From Candidatus Velthaea sp. (GTDB taxonomy: Bacteria > Vulcanimicrobiota > Vulcanimicrobiia > Vulcanimicrobiales > Vulcanimicrobiaceae): a stretch of 64,000 nucleotides of DNA. Under the pieces are notes generated by a model that saw nothing but the letters and a program-made list of their open reading frames with translations, made no database searches and was not told the origin of the DNA. Shown piece after piece: positions 9,526-19,920 of the stretch. Positions within the stretch are counted from its first letter, which is position 1; each line of letters begins with the position of its first letter. Location: assembly GCA_050012475.1 (NCBI GenBank), contig JBEKHC010000007.1, positions 16,586 to 80,585 of the forward strand. Direction: 5' to 3'. A program made the position numbers and the translations under genes.

Positions 9526-10547
9526 GAGTAGCGATAGTCGGCGCAACGGGCGTCGTCGGACAAACCATCTTACAGATCCTCGACGAACGCGCGATCGCGA
9601 TCGACACGTTGTTGGCGTACGCGTCGCGCGACCGCGAAACCGGAATCGTCTTTCGCGGCAAAGCGGTGCCGGTCTTCGCGGCGTCGACCGAGCGCATCCG
9701 AGCCGACCGGCCCGACGTCGTGTTCTTCGCCTCGAGCGACGACGCGTCGGAAGACATGGCCGAGGCACTGGCGGCCGGCGGCGCGTTCGTGATCGACAAC
9801 AGCGCGACGTTCCGGCTCGATCCGCGCGTCCCGCTCGTCATCCCCGAAGTCAATCCGCACGCGATCGGCGCCGACCACCGCATCTTCCCGGTCGCAAACT
9901 GCACGGCGATCGTGCTGTGCGTCGCGCTCGCGCCGGTCGAACGCGCGATCGGCTTGGCCAGCGTTCGCGTCGCGACGTACCAGGCCGTCAGCGGTGCCGG
10001 CCGCGCCGGCTTGGAGACGTTGGCCAACGAAGAAGCGGCGGCGCTGGCCAAAGGCCCGCAGCCTGGCCGCGGCGCGTTCGCGGCGCCGATCTTCCGCAAC
10101 GTCGTGCCCCAAGTCGGTTCGTATGACGGCGACGGCGACACGGGTGAAGAGCAGAAGGTCGTGGCCGAAACCCGCAAGATGCTCGAGCGGCCCGATCTGC
10201 ATGTCGCGGCGACCACCGTTCGCGTTCCCGTCCGACGGGCGCACAGCGAAGCGGTCTTCTTCGAGACCAAGCGCACCACGACGCGCGACGAACTCGAAGC
10301 CGTGTTCGCTGCAGCGCCGGGCGTCGTGTATCATCCGCGCGGCATCGTCACGCCGCTGGACGTCGAGGGCACGGACCTCGTGCACGTCGCGCGCGTGCGG
10401 CCCGAACCCGATTCGGACACGCATTGGCAGATGTGGATCGTCGGCGATCAGCTGCGCAAGGGCGCGGCGACCAACGCCGTGCAGATCTTACAGACGCTCG
10501 TCGAGCAAGGCCGCTTTGCAGTCGCGGCGGGAGCGCCGCAGCGGTGA
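9522..10547 (+). CDS. asd: Aspartate-semialdehyde dehydrogenase
   Basis: VGATGVVG, IDNSATFR, ANCT, TYQAVSGAG, DQLRKGAATNAVQ; ATGA overlap with dapB. Confidence 0.95.
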   Translation: MRVAIVGATGVVGQTILQILDERAIAIDTLLAYASRDRETGIVFRGKAVPVFAASTERIRADRPDVVFFASSDDASEDMAEALAAGGAFVIDNSATFRLDPRVPLVIPEVNPHAIGADHRIFPVANCTAIVLCVALAPVERAIGLASVRVATYQAVSGAGRAGLETLANEEAAALAKGPQPGRGAFAAPIFRNVVPQVGSYDGDGDTGEEQKVVAETRKMLERPDLHVAATTVRVPVRRAHSEAVFFETKRTTTRDELEAVFAAAPGVVYHPRGIVTPLDVEGTDLVHVARVRPEPDSDTHWQMWIVGDQLRKGAATNAVQILQTLVEQGRFAVAAGAPQR

Positions 10548-11758
10548 GCCGCATCGTCGTGCAAAAATTCGGCGGCTCGTCGCTGGCCAGCGCGGAGTTG
10601 CGCGAGATCGCCGCGTCGCGCGTCTTGGCGGTGCTGCAAAACGGCGGCTTTCCCGTCGTCGTGTGCTCGGCGATCGGGCGCGCCCCCGATCCGTATGCGA
10701 CCGACTCATTGGCCAAGCTCGTCGAACCCGCGCGCGGCGGTCCGAATCGCGACGCGCTCATTGCCTGCGGCGAGACGATCGCCTGCGCGGTCTTTGCCGA
10801 ACTCCTGGTGTCGTTGGGGGCAGCCGCGCAGACGGTGACCGGGGGTCAAGCCGGTTTCGTCAGTGACGAACGTTGGGGCGACGCCAAAATTCTGCACGTC
10901 GATCCAACCCACGTGCTGCGCCTGATCGAAAACGGCATCATTCCGGTCGTGACCGGGTTTCAGGCGCTCTCGCAGAACGGCGCGGTCACCACGCTCGGCC
11001 GTGGCGGCAGCGACTTGACCGCGATCGCGCTGGGCGACGCGCTGTCGGCCGAAAGCGTCGAGATCTACACCGACGTGAGCGGCGTGATGACCGCCGATCC
11101 GCGGCGGATCGCCGGCGCGCATACCGTCGAGCGCGTGAACTACGCCGAGATGGTCGAACTCGCAGGCAACGGTGCGAAAGTAATGCACCACAAGGCCGCG
11201 CAGCTCGCGCACGACACCTCGACGCCGTATCTGGTCAAGGGCCTGCGTTCCAACGTGGGCACGACGATCGACGACGGTGCGCCGGCCGACCGCGAACAGC
11301 CCGTTACCGGCATCACGTCGCTGCGCAACGTGACGTTCTTTCGCATCATTCAAGGCGAAGACGTCGAGCATCGCGCCGATCTCGATCTGATGATCTTCGA
11401 GCGGCTCGCCGAGCGCGGCATCTCGGTCGACATGATCAATGTCAATGCGGCCGGCGTGTTTTTCGTCTGCGACACGGAGAACGTCGACGCGGTGCGCGCC
11501 GAACTGAGCAATCTCAATCTGGCGCTGCGCGTGCGCCCCAATTGCGCGAAGCTGTCGATCGTCGGCGCCGGCATGCGCGGCACGCCCGGCGTCATGTACC
11601 GCATCGTCCGGGCCGTCACCCAGGCCGGCGTCGAGATCATCCACTCGACCGACTCGAACATCACGGTTTCGGTGCTGGTGCCGGAAGATGACACCGCGCG
11701 CGCCGAACAAGCACTTCACGATTTCTTTCGGCTAGGGCGCGAGGCGGCGGTTTCATGA
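10544..11758 (+). CDS. lysC: Aspartate kinase
   Basis: VQKFGGSS, TTLGRGGSDLTA, YTDVSGVMTADP and two ACT domains. Confidence 0.93.
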   Translation: MSRIVVQKFGGSSLASAELREIAASRVLAVLQNGGFPVVVCSAIGRAPDPYATDSLAKLVEPARGGPNRDALIACGETIACAVFAELLVSLGAAAQTVTGGQAGFVSDERWGDAKILHVDPTHVLRLIENGIIPVVTGFQALSQNGAVTTLGRGGSDLTAIALGDALSAESVEIYTDVSGVMTADPRRIAGAHTVERVNYAEMVELAGNGAKVMHHKAAQLAHDTSTPYLVKGLRSNVGTTIDDGAPADREQPVTGITSLRNVTFFRIIQGEDVEHRADLDLMIFERLAERGISVDMINVNAAGVFFVCDTENVDAVRAELSNLNLALRVRPNCAKLSIVGAGMRGTPGVMYRIVRAVTQAGVEIIHSTDSNITVSVLVPEDDTARAEQALHDFFRLGREAAVS

Positions 11759-12651
11759 AATCACTTGGGCGAATTCTCACGGCGATGGTCACCCCGTTTG
11801 CTGCCGACGGTTCCGTCGACATCAACGAGGCGTGCCGGATCGCCGAACATCTGATCGAGAACGGACACGACGGAGTAGTCGTCAGCGGAACGACCGGCGA
11901 ATCGCCGGCGCTCGAGACGCACGAGAAGCTCGAGCTGTTCGCTGCGATCAAACGCCGGCTGGGCAATAGCGGCACGGTCGTGGCCGGAACGGGCGGCAAC
12001 AACACCCAGCATTCGGTCGAACTCACCAAGCGCGCCGTCGAAACGGGCGTCGACGCGGTGCTCGCGGTCGTCCCCTATTACAACAAGCCGACCCAGGACG
12101 GGCTGCTCGAACACTTCGGGGCGATCGCCCAGGCGGCCGATATCCCCGTCATCATGTACAACATCCCCGGCCGGACGGGCGTCAACATGCTGCCCGAAAC
12201 GACCCACGAGCTGGCCCGCCGGCATCGCAACATCGTCGGGCAAAAAGAATCGACCGGCAACGTCGAACAGCATGCCCAACTCGTGAGCGGCAACCCGCGG
12301 CCCGATGAGTTCTCGCTGTGGTCGGGCGACGACTATTTCTACCTGCCGGCGCTGGCCCTGGGCGGCTACGGCATCATCAGCGTCGCCGGGCACGTCGTCG
12401 GCCGGCGCATCCGCGCGATGACCGATGCGTTCGATCACGGCAACATGGCGGCGGCCGGTGCCATTCATCGCGAATTGCAGCCGCTGTTCACCGCGCTGTT
12501 CACGATCACCAGTCCAATCCCGATCAAATGGGCGGTGAACCGGCTCGGTTTTGCCGCCGGGCCGTGCCGCTCGCCGCTCGGTGCCATGCCCGAGTCACTC
12601 GCGCGCACGCTCGAACCGCTCATCGCGCCGTATCTCCGGGTGCCGGCTTAG
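11755..12651 (+). CDS. dapA: 4-hydroxy-tetrahydrodipicolinate synthase
   Basis: TAMVTPF, GTTGESP, PYYNKPTQ, YNIPGRT and KES. Confidence 0.95.
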   Translation: MKSLGRILTAMVTPFAADGSVDINEACRIAEHLIENGHDGVVVSGTTGESPALETHEKLELFAAIKRRLGNSGTVVAGTGGNNTQHSVELTKRAVETGVDAVLAVVPYYNKPTQDGLLEHFGAIAQAADIPVIMYNIPGRTGVNMLPETTHELARRHRNIVGQKESTGNVEQHAQLVSGNPRPDEFSLWSGDDYFYLPALALGGYGIISVAGHVVGRRIRAMTDAFDHGNMAAAGAIHRELQPLFTALFTITSPIPIKWAVNRLGFAAGPCRSPLGAMPESLARTLEPLIAPYLRVPA

Positions 12652-12668
12652 CGCTCCACCTGCCCAGC

Positions 12669-13406
12669 GTGGCCTCGATCGACATCCTGGGCTGCCGGGT
12701 CGATGCGCTCGACCGAGCCGGCGCGGCAGCGCGCGTCGCCGCGTTGGCCAACGAACCCGGTCCTTCGCTGGTGGTGACGCTGGGCGTGGAGATGGTCATG
12801 CGCGCGCAGCGCGATGCGGAATTCCGCGCGCTCATTAACGCCGCCGCGCTGAGCCTGTGCGATACGATCGGCTTGCTGTTGGCCTCGCGCGCCCGCCGGG
12901 GCCCGCTGCGCACCCGGGTGACCGGCGTGGAACTCGTGGTCGACCTCGCGGCCCGTTCGGCCCGGCTTCACGACGTCCGATTGTATTTTTTGGGCGCGAG
13001 CGGCGACACCGCGGCGCAGGCGGCGCGCGCGCTGGCCGATCGCTTTCCCGGTGCCGTCGTCGCGGGTGCGCGGAACGGCTATTTTTCCGAGGCAGAGAGC
13101 GCGGCGGTCGCCCAAGCCATCGCCGCATCCGGTGCGAACGTGCTGTGCCTGGGCCTGGGCAGCCCAGAGCAGGAGCGCTGGTTCGCCCACTACGGTGCGG
13201 CAACGGGCTGCGGTGCGGGCATCGGCGTCGGCGGTTCCTTCGACGTCTTGGCGGGAACCGTTCGCCGCGCGCCGCGCGTTATCCAAACGCTCGGGCTTGA
13301 ATGGGCGTACCGCTTGGTGCGCGAACCACAGCGTTGGCGCCGGCAACTCGCGTTGCCGCAGTTCGTTGTCGCGGTGACGAGAGACATGGTCGCTCGTCGG
13401 AGGTAA
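12669..13406 (+). CDS. WecB/TagA/CpsF family glycosyltransferase
   Basis: RVTGVEL, GLGSPEQERW, GVGGSFDV, RAP..GLEWAYRL..R. Confidence 0.9.
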   Translation: MASIDILGCRVDALDRAGAAARVAALANEPGPSLVVTLGVEMVMRAQRDAEFRALINAAALSLCDTIGLLLASRARRGPLRTRVTGVELVVDLAARSARLHDVRLYFLGASGDTAAQAARALADRFPGAVVAGARNGYFSEAESAAVAQAIAASGANVLCLGLGSPEQERWFAHYGAATGCGAGIGVGGSFDVLAGTVRRAPRVIQTLGLEWAYRLVREPQRWRRQLALPQFVVAVTRDMVARRR

Positions 13407-13673
13407 AAGGAGGATGGGACCCGGTCGAGCGAGCGGGGGTTCGCGGGTGCACGGGTAGGATGAGCAGCGACACGAACGGTGAGATCAACGACCCAAACGT
13501 GAAGAATCGCCCCCGATTAGCCGACGAGAATTGTGTCGGTGGCCGATCGTGCCGCGCGGATTCTCCAACGAGTACGAAACCTTTCCCCAATTTTTCTGCC
13601 GCGGCGAGCTTGAGCCGGGGCCTCACGCCCCTAGCGTGAGGGGCACGCAGCGGATTTGGAGCGCCCTCGATAC

Positions 13674-14699
13674 ATGAAAGCAATGATCCTCGCCGGCGGC
13701 ATGAGCACGCGTCTGTACCCGCTCACCCGGACGGTTCCCAAGCCGCTGGTTCCGGTCGTCGGCGAACCCGTTTCCGCTCATCTGCTGCGCTGGCTCAAAT
13801 CCTTCGGCTACGACGAGATCGCGATCAACGTCCACTACCTAGCCGAGACGATTCAAGAGCGCTTCGGAGACGGGTCGGACTTCGGCGTCAAGCTGCACTA
13901 CCTGTACGAGCCCAAGTTGATGGGCAGCGCGGGCGCGCTCAAAGCGCTCGAGGATTATTTCACCGAGCCCTTCGTCGTGGTCGGCTGCGATTGTCTGACC
14001 GACGCCAATCTCGAATCGCTGGTCACGTTCCATCGCAAAGCCGGGGCACTGGCGACGATCGGGCTCGTCGAGGCGCAAGAAGTCGATCAATACGGCGTGG
14101 TGATCACCGATGCCAACGGCCGCATCACCGATTTTCAAGAGAAGCCTCCCAAGGGGACCGAGCGCTCGAAGCTGGTGAACACCGGCATTTACGCGTTCAC
14201 GCCCGGGATCTTCAAATACATTCCGGCCGGCGAGTTCTACGATTTCGGTAAGCAAGTGTTTCCGGCGCTGCGGGCCGCCGACGCCGAGTTCTATGGCTTC
14301 CGCCTCAACGGCGCGTACTGGGCCGATATCGGCACGCCCGAAGAATACGTGCGGGCAACTGCCGACGCACTGGCGGGTCGCGTGCACTTGCGCGGGACCC
14401 GGGGTCGGGGCATCGCCGGCGACGCGCATCTGGGCGATGACGTTCGTATCGAAGGCGACGTCCGGATCGGTTCGGCAGCCCGGCTCGGCGCCCGGGTCCG
14501 GATCGTCGGACCCAGCGTTATTGGCGACGGCGTGACCGTCGGCGACGACGCGCGCTTGGAACGGACCATCGTGTGGGACAACGCCGAGGTTGGCGGCAGC
14601 GCCCAGCTGACTGACAGCGTCGTCGGCATCGACTACCGGGTTCCGCCCGGCACGGTTTTGAACGACACGATCGTCGCCAACGAGCCCGTCGCCTCCTAA
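13674..14699 (+). CDS. Second NDP-sugar pyrophosphorylase (mannose-1-phosphate guanylyltransferase-like)
   Basis: MKAMILAGGMSTRLYPLT..PKPLVP, FQEKP, YWADIGT, hexapeptide tail. Confidence 0.9.
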   Translation: MKAMILAGGMSTRLYPLTRTVPKPLVPVVGEPVSAHLLRWLKSFGYDEIAINVHYLAETIQERFGDGSDFGVKLHYLYEPKLMGSAGALKALEDYFTEPFVVVGCDCLTDANLESLVTFHRKAGALATIGLVEAQEVDQYGVVITDANGRITDFQEKPPKGTERSKLVNTGIYAFTPGIFKYIPAGEFYDFGKQVFPALRAADAEFYGFRLNGAYWADIGTPEEYVRATADALAGRVHLRGTRGRGIAGDAHLGDDVRIEGDVRIGSAARLGARVRIVGPSVIGDGVTVGDDARLERTIVWDNAEVGGSAQLTDSVVGIDYRVPPGTVLNDTIVANEPVAS

Positions 14700-14870
14700 C
14701 GTTGCGGCTCGGCGCGAAGCGCCGAACCCCACGGGCTCGGCTCGGCGCAGTCGGGGCCGCCCTTCAAACGCCGCGGCTCGGCGCGGTTCTTCGAACGCCG
14801 CCGCAGGTGGGAGCAGTCGAGCCTTGCTGCTGCCGCTAGGTGCTCGGGCCGCTCGGCGTGATGGGACGGC

Positions 14871-15569
14871 GTGTGGGAGCGCCTCCGGCGGTGGTTCTTT
14901 CCGGTCAGTTGCGTGGGCTGCGACGTCCCGGACGTGGCGCTGTGCCCAGCCTGCGCGCCGGCGCCCGCCCAGCGCGTAACGGGCGACGTTGCGAACGTCG
15001 CGGTCACCGCAGCGGGCAGCTACGACGGCGTGCTGAGGCGGGCGATCGTGGCGATGAAGCACGGCGAGCGCGCCTATCTCGACCCTTTCGCCGAGCTCAT
15101 CGCGGGCTTGATCGCGCCGGGGGTTCCGCTCGTTCCGCTGCCGACGAGCCGGCGCCGTCGAGCCGCGCGCGGCTTCGACCAAGCCATCGAACTCGCGCGC
15201 CGGGCGGCCCTGCGCCGGCAGGCGCCCTGCTGCGACATCTTGCTCAAGCGCGGGAGCGCGCAGCGCGGTCTGAACCGCCGCGCGCGCCTCGCCGCCGGCG
15301 GGCGCTTTCACCTCAAAGCCGGCGCCGTCGCGCCCGAATTGGCCGTCGTCGTCGACGACGTTTGGACCACCGGCGCGACCCTGGCGGACGGCATCGCCGC
15401 GTTGCGCGCGGCCGGTGTCGCGGTCGTCGGCGCCGTGGTGCTCGCTCGAACCGCGCCCGGGCGGAACTCTCGCTTCGAGCGTGCGGTCTTGTCAGCGGAT
15501 GGCGTCGAAGCGACGCCCGGCCGGCGAGGAGACCGACGCCCATGCAAGCCATTTGGAACGGACAAGTGA
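14871..15569 (+). CDS. comF: ComF family protein (Zn ribbon plus phosphoribosyltransferase-like domain)
   Basis: FPVSCVGC..LCPAC, RGFDQA, VVDDVWTTGATL. Confidence 0.85.
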   Translation: MWERLRRWFFPVSCVGCDVPDVALCPACAPAPAQRVTGDVANVAVTAAGSYDGVLRRAIVAMKHGERAYLDPFAELIAGLIAPGVPLVPLPTSRRRRAARGFDQAIELARRAALRRQAPCCDILLKRGSAQRGLNRRARLAAGGRFHLKAGAVAPELAVVVDDVWTTGATLADGIAALRAAGVAVVGAVVLARTAPGRNSRFERAVLSADGVEATPGRRGDRRPCKPFGTDK

Positions 15570-15823
15570 TCGCCCAAAGCGACGCGACCGAGGTGGTCGA
15601 GGGAAACCACTATTTCCCCGTCGGGGCCATCAAGGGCGAGTTTTTTCGCCACAGCTCGACCCACAGCAACTGTCCGTGGAAAGGCGTCGCCAGCTACTAC
15701 ACGCTGGAAGTCGATGGAAAAGCCAACCCCGACGCAGCGTGGTATTATCCCGACCCCAAACCCGCGGCGAAGAATATCGCCGGCCATATCGCGTTTTGGA
15801 AAGGCGTCGAGGTCAAGCCATAG
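15542..15823 (+). CDS. DUF427 domain protein
   Basis: MQAIWNGQVIAQSD..VEGNHYFP..CPWKGVASYY..AAWYYPDP. Confidence 0.9.
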   Translation: MQAIWNGQVIAQSDATEVVEGNHYFPVGAIKGEFFRHSSTHSNCPWKGVASYYTLEVDGKANPDAAWYYPDPKPAAKNIAGHIAFWKGVEVKP

Positions 15824-16935
15824 AGCTCGAACGAGCTTATCTCGCGCGAGCGTATGAACTCGCGGCGCGTGCGATCGCCGACGCATCGCCGAATCCGCCG
15901 GTCGGTGCGGTCGTCGTCCGTGATGGCCGAACGTTGGGCGAGGGCTATCACCATCGCTGCGGCGAGCCGCACGCGGAAGTCGAAGCCTTGCTTGCCGCGC
16001 GCGCCGGCGGTGCCGACGTTCGCGGCGCAACCCTGTACGTCTCGCTCGAGCCGTGCGACCATCACGGCCGGACCGGGCCTTGCACGCAGGCGATCCTCGC
16101 TGCCGGCATCGCGCGCGTCGTCGCCGGCACGCTCGATCCCAACGCGGTCGCGGGCGGCGGTGCCGCTCGTTTGCGCGCGGCAGGCGTCGCGGTCGACGTC
16201 GTCGACGATTCTGCGGCGCGTGCGCTCATCGAGCGCTTCGCCTTCGCAACCGCGCACGCGATCCCGTTCGTCACGCTCAAGATGGCGATGTCGCTCGACG
16301 GCGCGATCGCTCCCCGCCCCTGCGGCAACTACGCCGTGTCGGGCGCGCCCGCGCGCGAGCTCGTTCGCGATTTGCGCTATGAGTACGACGCGGTGATGGT
16401 CGGAGCGGGCACGATTCGCGCCGACGACGCGCAGCTGACGGTCCGCCCGCACCGCACCCGGCGCAAACCGTACGTGCGCGTCGTCGTGTGCGAAAACGAC
16501 GCCGTGCCGGCGCACAGCCGCGTGTTCGCCGCCCCGCCCGACGCCCCGGCCGGTGCTTACGCGCCGACGATCGTGCTGGCTCCGGCGGGGATTCGCGAAC
16601 GTTTCACGGCGCTCGAGACGATCGCGGACGTCGTGTACGTCGGGCCGTCCGCTGCGCGCACGCTCGATCTCGCCGCGGCGCTGCGGGCGCTGCGCGAACG
16701 CGACCTGTGCAGCGTTCTGTGTGAAGGCGGTCCGACGCTGGGGGGCCGGCTGCTCGAAGCGCACCTGGTCGCGCGCATCGTGTGGTTCATCGCGCCGCGC
16801 TTTCTTCAAACACCGCAGGCGGTGCCGGTGCTCGCCGGCGCCGATCTCACGCGCGCGTTCGACGGGTGGCGCTTCGATCGGGTCGAACGCGTCGGCAACG
16901 ACATGCTAGTGAGTGCTCGAGTCGATCGTGTTTAG
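15820..16935 (+). CDS. ribD: Bifunctional riboflavin deaminase/reductase RibD (start uncertain: ATA 15820 or TTG 15796)
   Basis: SPNPPVGAVVV, HAE, SLEPCDHHGRTGPC, LKMAMSLDG, EGGPTL. Confidence 0.93.
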   Translation: MELERAYLARAYELAARAIADASPNPPVGAVVVRDGRTLGEGYHHRCGEPHAEVEALLAARAGGADVRGATLYVSLEPCDHHGRTGPCTQAILAAGIARVVAGTLDPNAVAGGGAARLRAAGVAVDVVDDSAARALIERFAFATAHAIPFVTLKMAMSLDGAIAPRPCGNYAVSGAPARELVRDLRYEYDAVMVGAGTIRADDAQLTVRPHRTRRKPYVRVVVCENDAVPAHSRVFAAPPDAPAGAYAPTIVLAPAGIRERFTALETIADVVYVGPSAARTLDLAAALRALRERDLCSVLCEGGPTLGGRLLEAHLVARIVWFIAPRFLQTPQAVPVLAGADLTRAFDGWRFDRVERVGNDMLVSARVDRV

Positions 16936-17572
16936 CGGGTTAATCGCGTATCTCGGCCACGTTCGGCGGGTCGACGGCGATCGTCGCACCGGAATGCGGC
17001 TGGTGATCGACGCGCCCGAAGCGACGGCCGAGGGCGTCGCGATCAAAGATTCCATCGCAGTGAACGGCGTATGTCTGACTGCGGTTGCCGTCGACGGCGT
17101 GGCGGTCAGCTTCGACGTCGTGCCCGAAACCGTCCATCGCACGACGTTCGGCACGCTGCGCGCCGGCGATCCGGTCAACCTCGAACTCTCGCTGCGGCTC
17201 GGCGACCGGCTCGGCGGCCACTTCGTTTACGGCCACATCGACGCCACCGCGCAGATTCTGGACAAACGGCCCGAAGGGCAGGGCGACCGGCTCACGATCG
17301 CCACGCCGGCCGCGCTCGACGCCATGATCGTCGAGAAGGGCTATCTCGCCGTCGACGGGGTGAGCCTGACGGTCGCGTCGGTGGCACCGGGCCGGTTTAC
17401 GATCGCGCTCATCCCCGAGACCGCGAAGCGCACGACCCTGGGAACCAAAAGCGTCGGCGGCCAGGTCAACCTAGAAATCGACCCGATCGCACGCTATGCG
17501 CAAGCCGCGATCGCGGCCTACGCGCAAAACGGCGCGACGAACGACGAACTCGCTTGGGCGTATGAGATTTAG
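16928..17572 (+). CDS. ribE: Riboflavin synthase (alpha chain)
   Basis: (M)FSGLI N-terminus, SIAVNGVCLT, GGHFVYGHID, VDGVSLTV. Confidence 0.95.
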   Translation: MFSGLIAYLGHVRRVDGDRRTGMRLVIDAPEATAEGVAIKDSIAVNGVCLTAVAVDGVAVSFDVVPETVHRTTFGTLRAGDPVNLELSLRLGDRLGGHFVYGHIDATAQILDKRPEGQGDRLTIATPAALDAMIVEKGYLAVDGVSLTVASVAPGRFTIALIPETAKRTTLGTKSVGGQVNLEIDPIARYAQAAIAAYAQNGATNDELAWAYEI

Positions 17573-17586
17573 TCGGGCGGCGCGCC

Positions 17587-18063
17587 GTGAACGACGGTGA
17601 ACTGCGCCCGGCCGCGGCTACGGGCATCCGCGTCCGCGATCGGGTCAGGTGGAGTGACATCGACATGATGGGCGTCATGTACTTCGGACGCTACGTGCGC
17701 TTTGCGGAAATGGCCGAGGCGGAATTTTTCCGCGCGATCGGCTACTCGTATGACGAGTTGCATGCGCAGTACGCGATCTGGCTGGCACGGATCCATCTCG
17801 ACATCGATTTCCGCTCACCAGCCCGGCTCGATGATGAAGTGGAATGCCGCGCCCAACTCATCAAAGTCGGCGCGTCGTCGATGCACTTCAATTTTCCGGT
17901 CGAGCGCGCGAGCGACGGCACCCGGCTCGCCGACATCGGCTTGGTGATCGCTTCGCTCGACGCCGTCACGTTGAAGACCACGCGCACACCCGCCGCCTTG
18001 CGCGATCGACTGCGGCCGCACGTCGCAGCGCACGCGCGGCAAGAAGCTGCGGGTTCGCCGTGA
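17587..18063 (+). CDS. Acyl-CoA thioesterase (4HBT/YbgC hotdog family)
   Basis: RVRWSDIDMMGVMYFGRY..E motif, DFRSPARLDD. Confidence 0.85.
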   Translation: MNDGELRPAAATGIRVRDRVRWSDIDMMGVMYFGRYVRFAEMAEAEFFRAIGYSYDELHAQYAIWLARIHLDIDFRSPARLDDEVECRAQLIKVGASSMHFNFPVERASDGTRLADIGLVIASLDAVTLKTTRTPAALRDRLRPHVAAHARQEAAGSP

Positions 18064-19556
18064 ATGGAACACTGTTGGAAACGCAGGACATCATCGCGGC
18101 GATGCGCAGCTGGATCGAAACCGTTGCCGTCGTTCCGCCCGCCTATGATCGCTACGCGCCGTTGGTTACCGATGGGCTGCTGTATTTTTTGGCCCGGCTG
18201 CCGGCGGCGCGTTTGGAAGCGATCGTCGCCGATCAAATGCTGCTCGCCCCCGATGCTTCGGCGGACGAACGGCTCATCGCCGTACTGCGCCAGTGTCCGA
18301 CGCTGCACAAGCTCGGCCAGGTCGTGGCCCGTCAGGATGGCTTGCCGCTCGAGCTCCGGGTGCGGTTGCAGGCGCTCGAATCACTTGCGCCGCCCCCCGG
18401 CGGTTATGATTTTGACGCGCTCGTCGCGCGTGAACTCGGCAGCGTCAGCGGTTTGACGGTCTCCAAGGCGACGCTGGCCGAAGGCAGCGTGGCCTTCGTC
18501 GTTCCGTTCGAATGGCGCTCGGCGCCCGGCGCGGCCCCGCGGCGCGGCGTTTTCAAGGCGCTCAAGCCGGAAGCCGAAGCGCGGCTGCTCGAAGATCTGG
18601 CGATTTGGCCCGACTTGGGGGACTACCTCGAAGTGCGCAGCGTGGAGCTGGGACTCGAGACGCTGGATTTTCGTTCGTTGCTCGACGGGGTCGCGCGCTT
18701 GCTCAGCAACGAGATTCGGCTCGACCGGGAGCAGGAACGGCTCGAACAAGCGCGGCGCTTCTACGCCGACTCACCCGACGTCGTGATTCCCGAGCTCTTT
18801 CCGTTTTGCACGCCGCGGCTGACCGCGATGCAGCGGATCGACGGCGTGAAGGTGACCGATCCATCCGTCCCGCCAGCCAAGCGGCGGCGCCTCGCGCAAA
18901 CGATCGTGGCAGCGCTGTTGGCCAAGCCATTTTGGACGGCTGCTGCCGCCCAACCATTTTTCCATGCCGACCCGCACGCCGGAAACCTGTTCGCGATGCC
19001 CGACGGCAAGCTCGCCATCTTCGATTGGGCGCTCACGACCCAGCTCACCAGCGCCGAATTGGCGGCCGTCGTCCAAGCCTTGCTCTGCGCCGCGGCACTC
19101 GACGAGCCCGGCGTCATCGGCGCGCTGGTCAAATTGGGTGCCCTCAAGCGCGAACCCGATTTGCGCACGGCGGTCGGTCGTGCGCTGGCTGACGTTCGCC
19201 ACGGGAGCTTTCCGGGCTTCGCCTGGCTGACGCCCTTGCTCGACGATCTGGGCCGATCGGGGGCGCTTGCGTTTCCCGAGGAAACCGCGCTGTTCCGCAA
19301 GTCGCTGTTGACCCTCACCGGGGTCATTCGCGACGTCTGGCCCCATGCGTCGATCGACGAAGTGCTCCTGGCCAGCGGCGGCCGTCAATTCGTCGCCGAG
19401 TCGTGGCTTCGCCCGCTGGCGCCCCTCGAGTCGCGGATTTTCGGGACGCATCTCTCGAGCGAGGACCTGCTGCGCCTGCTTAGCACGTTTGCTTGGACGC
19501 CGGCCCGCTATCTGCTTGGTACCTATCGCGATTCGCTGAGAACGAGCGCGCCCTAG
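18060..19556 (+). CDS. ABC1/AarF/UbiB family atypical kinase
   Basis: PTLHKLGQ, GSVA, VFK, FFHADPHAGNL, IFDW. Confidence 0.85.
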   Translation: MNGTLLETQDIIAAMRSWIETVAVVPPAYDRYAPLVTDGLLYFLARLPAARLEAIVADQMLLAPDASADERLIAVLRQCPTLHKLGQVVARQDGLPLELRVRLQALESLAPPPGGYDFDALVARELGSVSGLTVSKATLAEGSVAFVVPFEWRSAPGAAPRRGVFKALKPEAEARLLEDLAIWPDLGDYLEVRSVELGLETLDFRSLLDGVARLLSNEIRLDREQERLEQARRFYADSPDVVIPELFPFCTPRLTAMQRIDGVKVTDPSVPPAKRRRLAQTIVAALLAKPFWTAAAAQPFFHADPHAGNLFAMPDGKLAIFDWALTTQLTSAELAAVVQALLCAAALDEPGVIGALVKLGALKREPDLRTAVGRALADVRHGSFPGFAWLTPLLDDLGRSGALAFPEETALFRKSLLTLTGVIRDVWPHASIDEVLLASGGRQFVAESWLRPLAPLESRIFGTHLSSEDLLRLLSTFAWTPARYLLGTYRDSLRTSAP

Positions 19557-19920
19557 GGGCATTCGCCGAACGGCGACGGCTTGATTGGCCTGCCGCCGGA
19601 GCCTGATTGGATCGGTCGGCGAACTCAGTTTTCTCCCCTTTTCCGCCGATAATGTCGATTGACCGGCGATAAAAGGAGCCGGCAAACGGGCGTTTCTTCC
19701 CCTTGATCGGCAGTGAGCTTGGTAAACCTTGCAAAAAGTGGAACACTTTACGCTTTGGTACGCGTTATGCTGTGTAAGCCAACCGATAGAGCAATGAGAA
19801 TCCCCCTCATACGGAAATCGGTCGGCCCAGTGCCGCTGAGTTGGCCCTTACACGTAGACCGAGAAACGAAGTGAACGGCTGAAGAGTGGGGTAGCACCAT
19901 CGAAGCGGAGTTGATCAATC

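Noticed and set aside
13407..13673. Intergenic ORFs and CCTCACGC/GCGTGAGG hairpin
   Set aside because: No family motif; an isolated hairpin is not enough for a call
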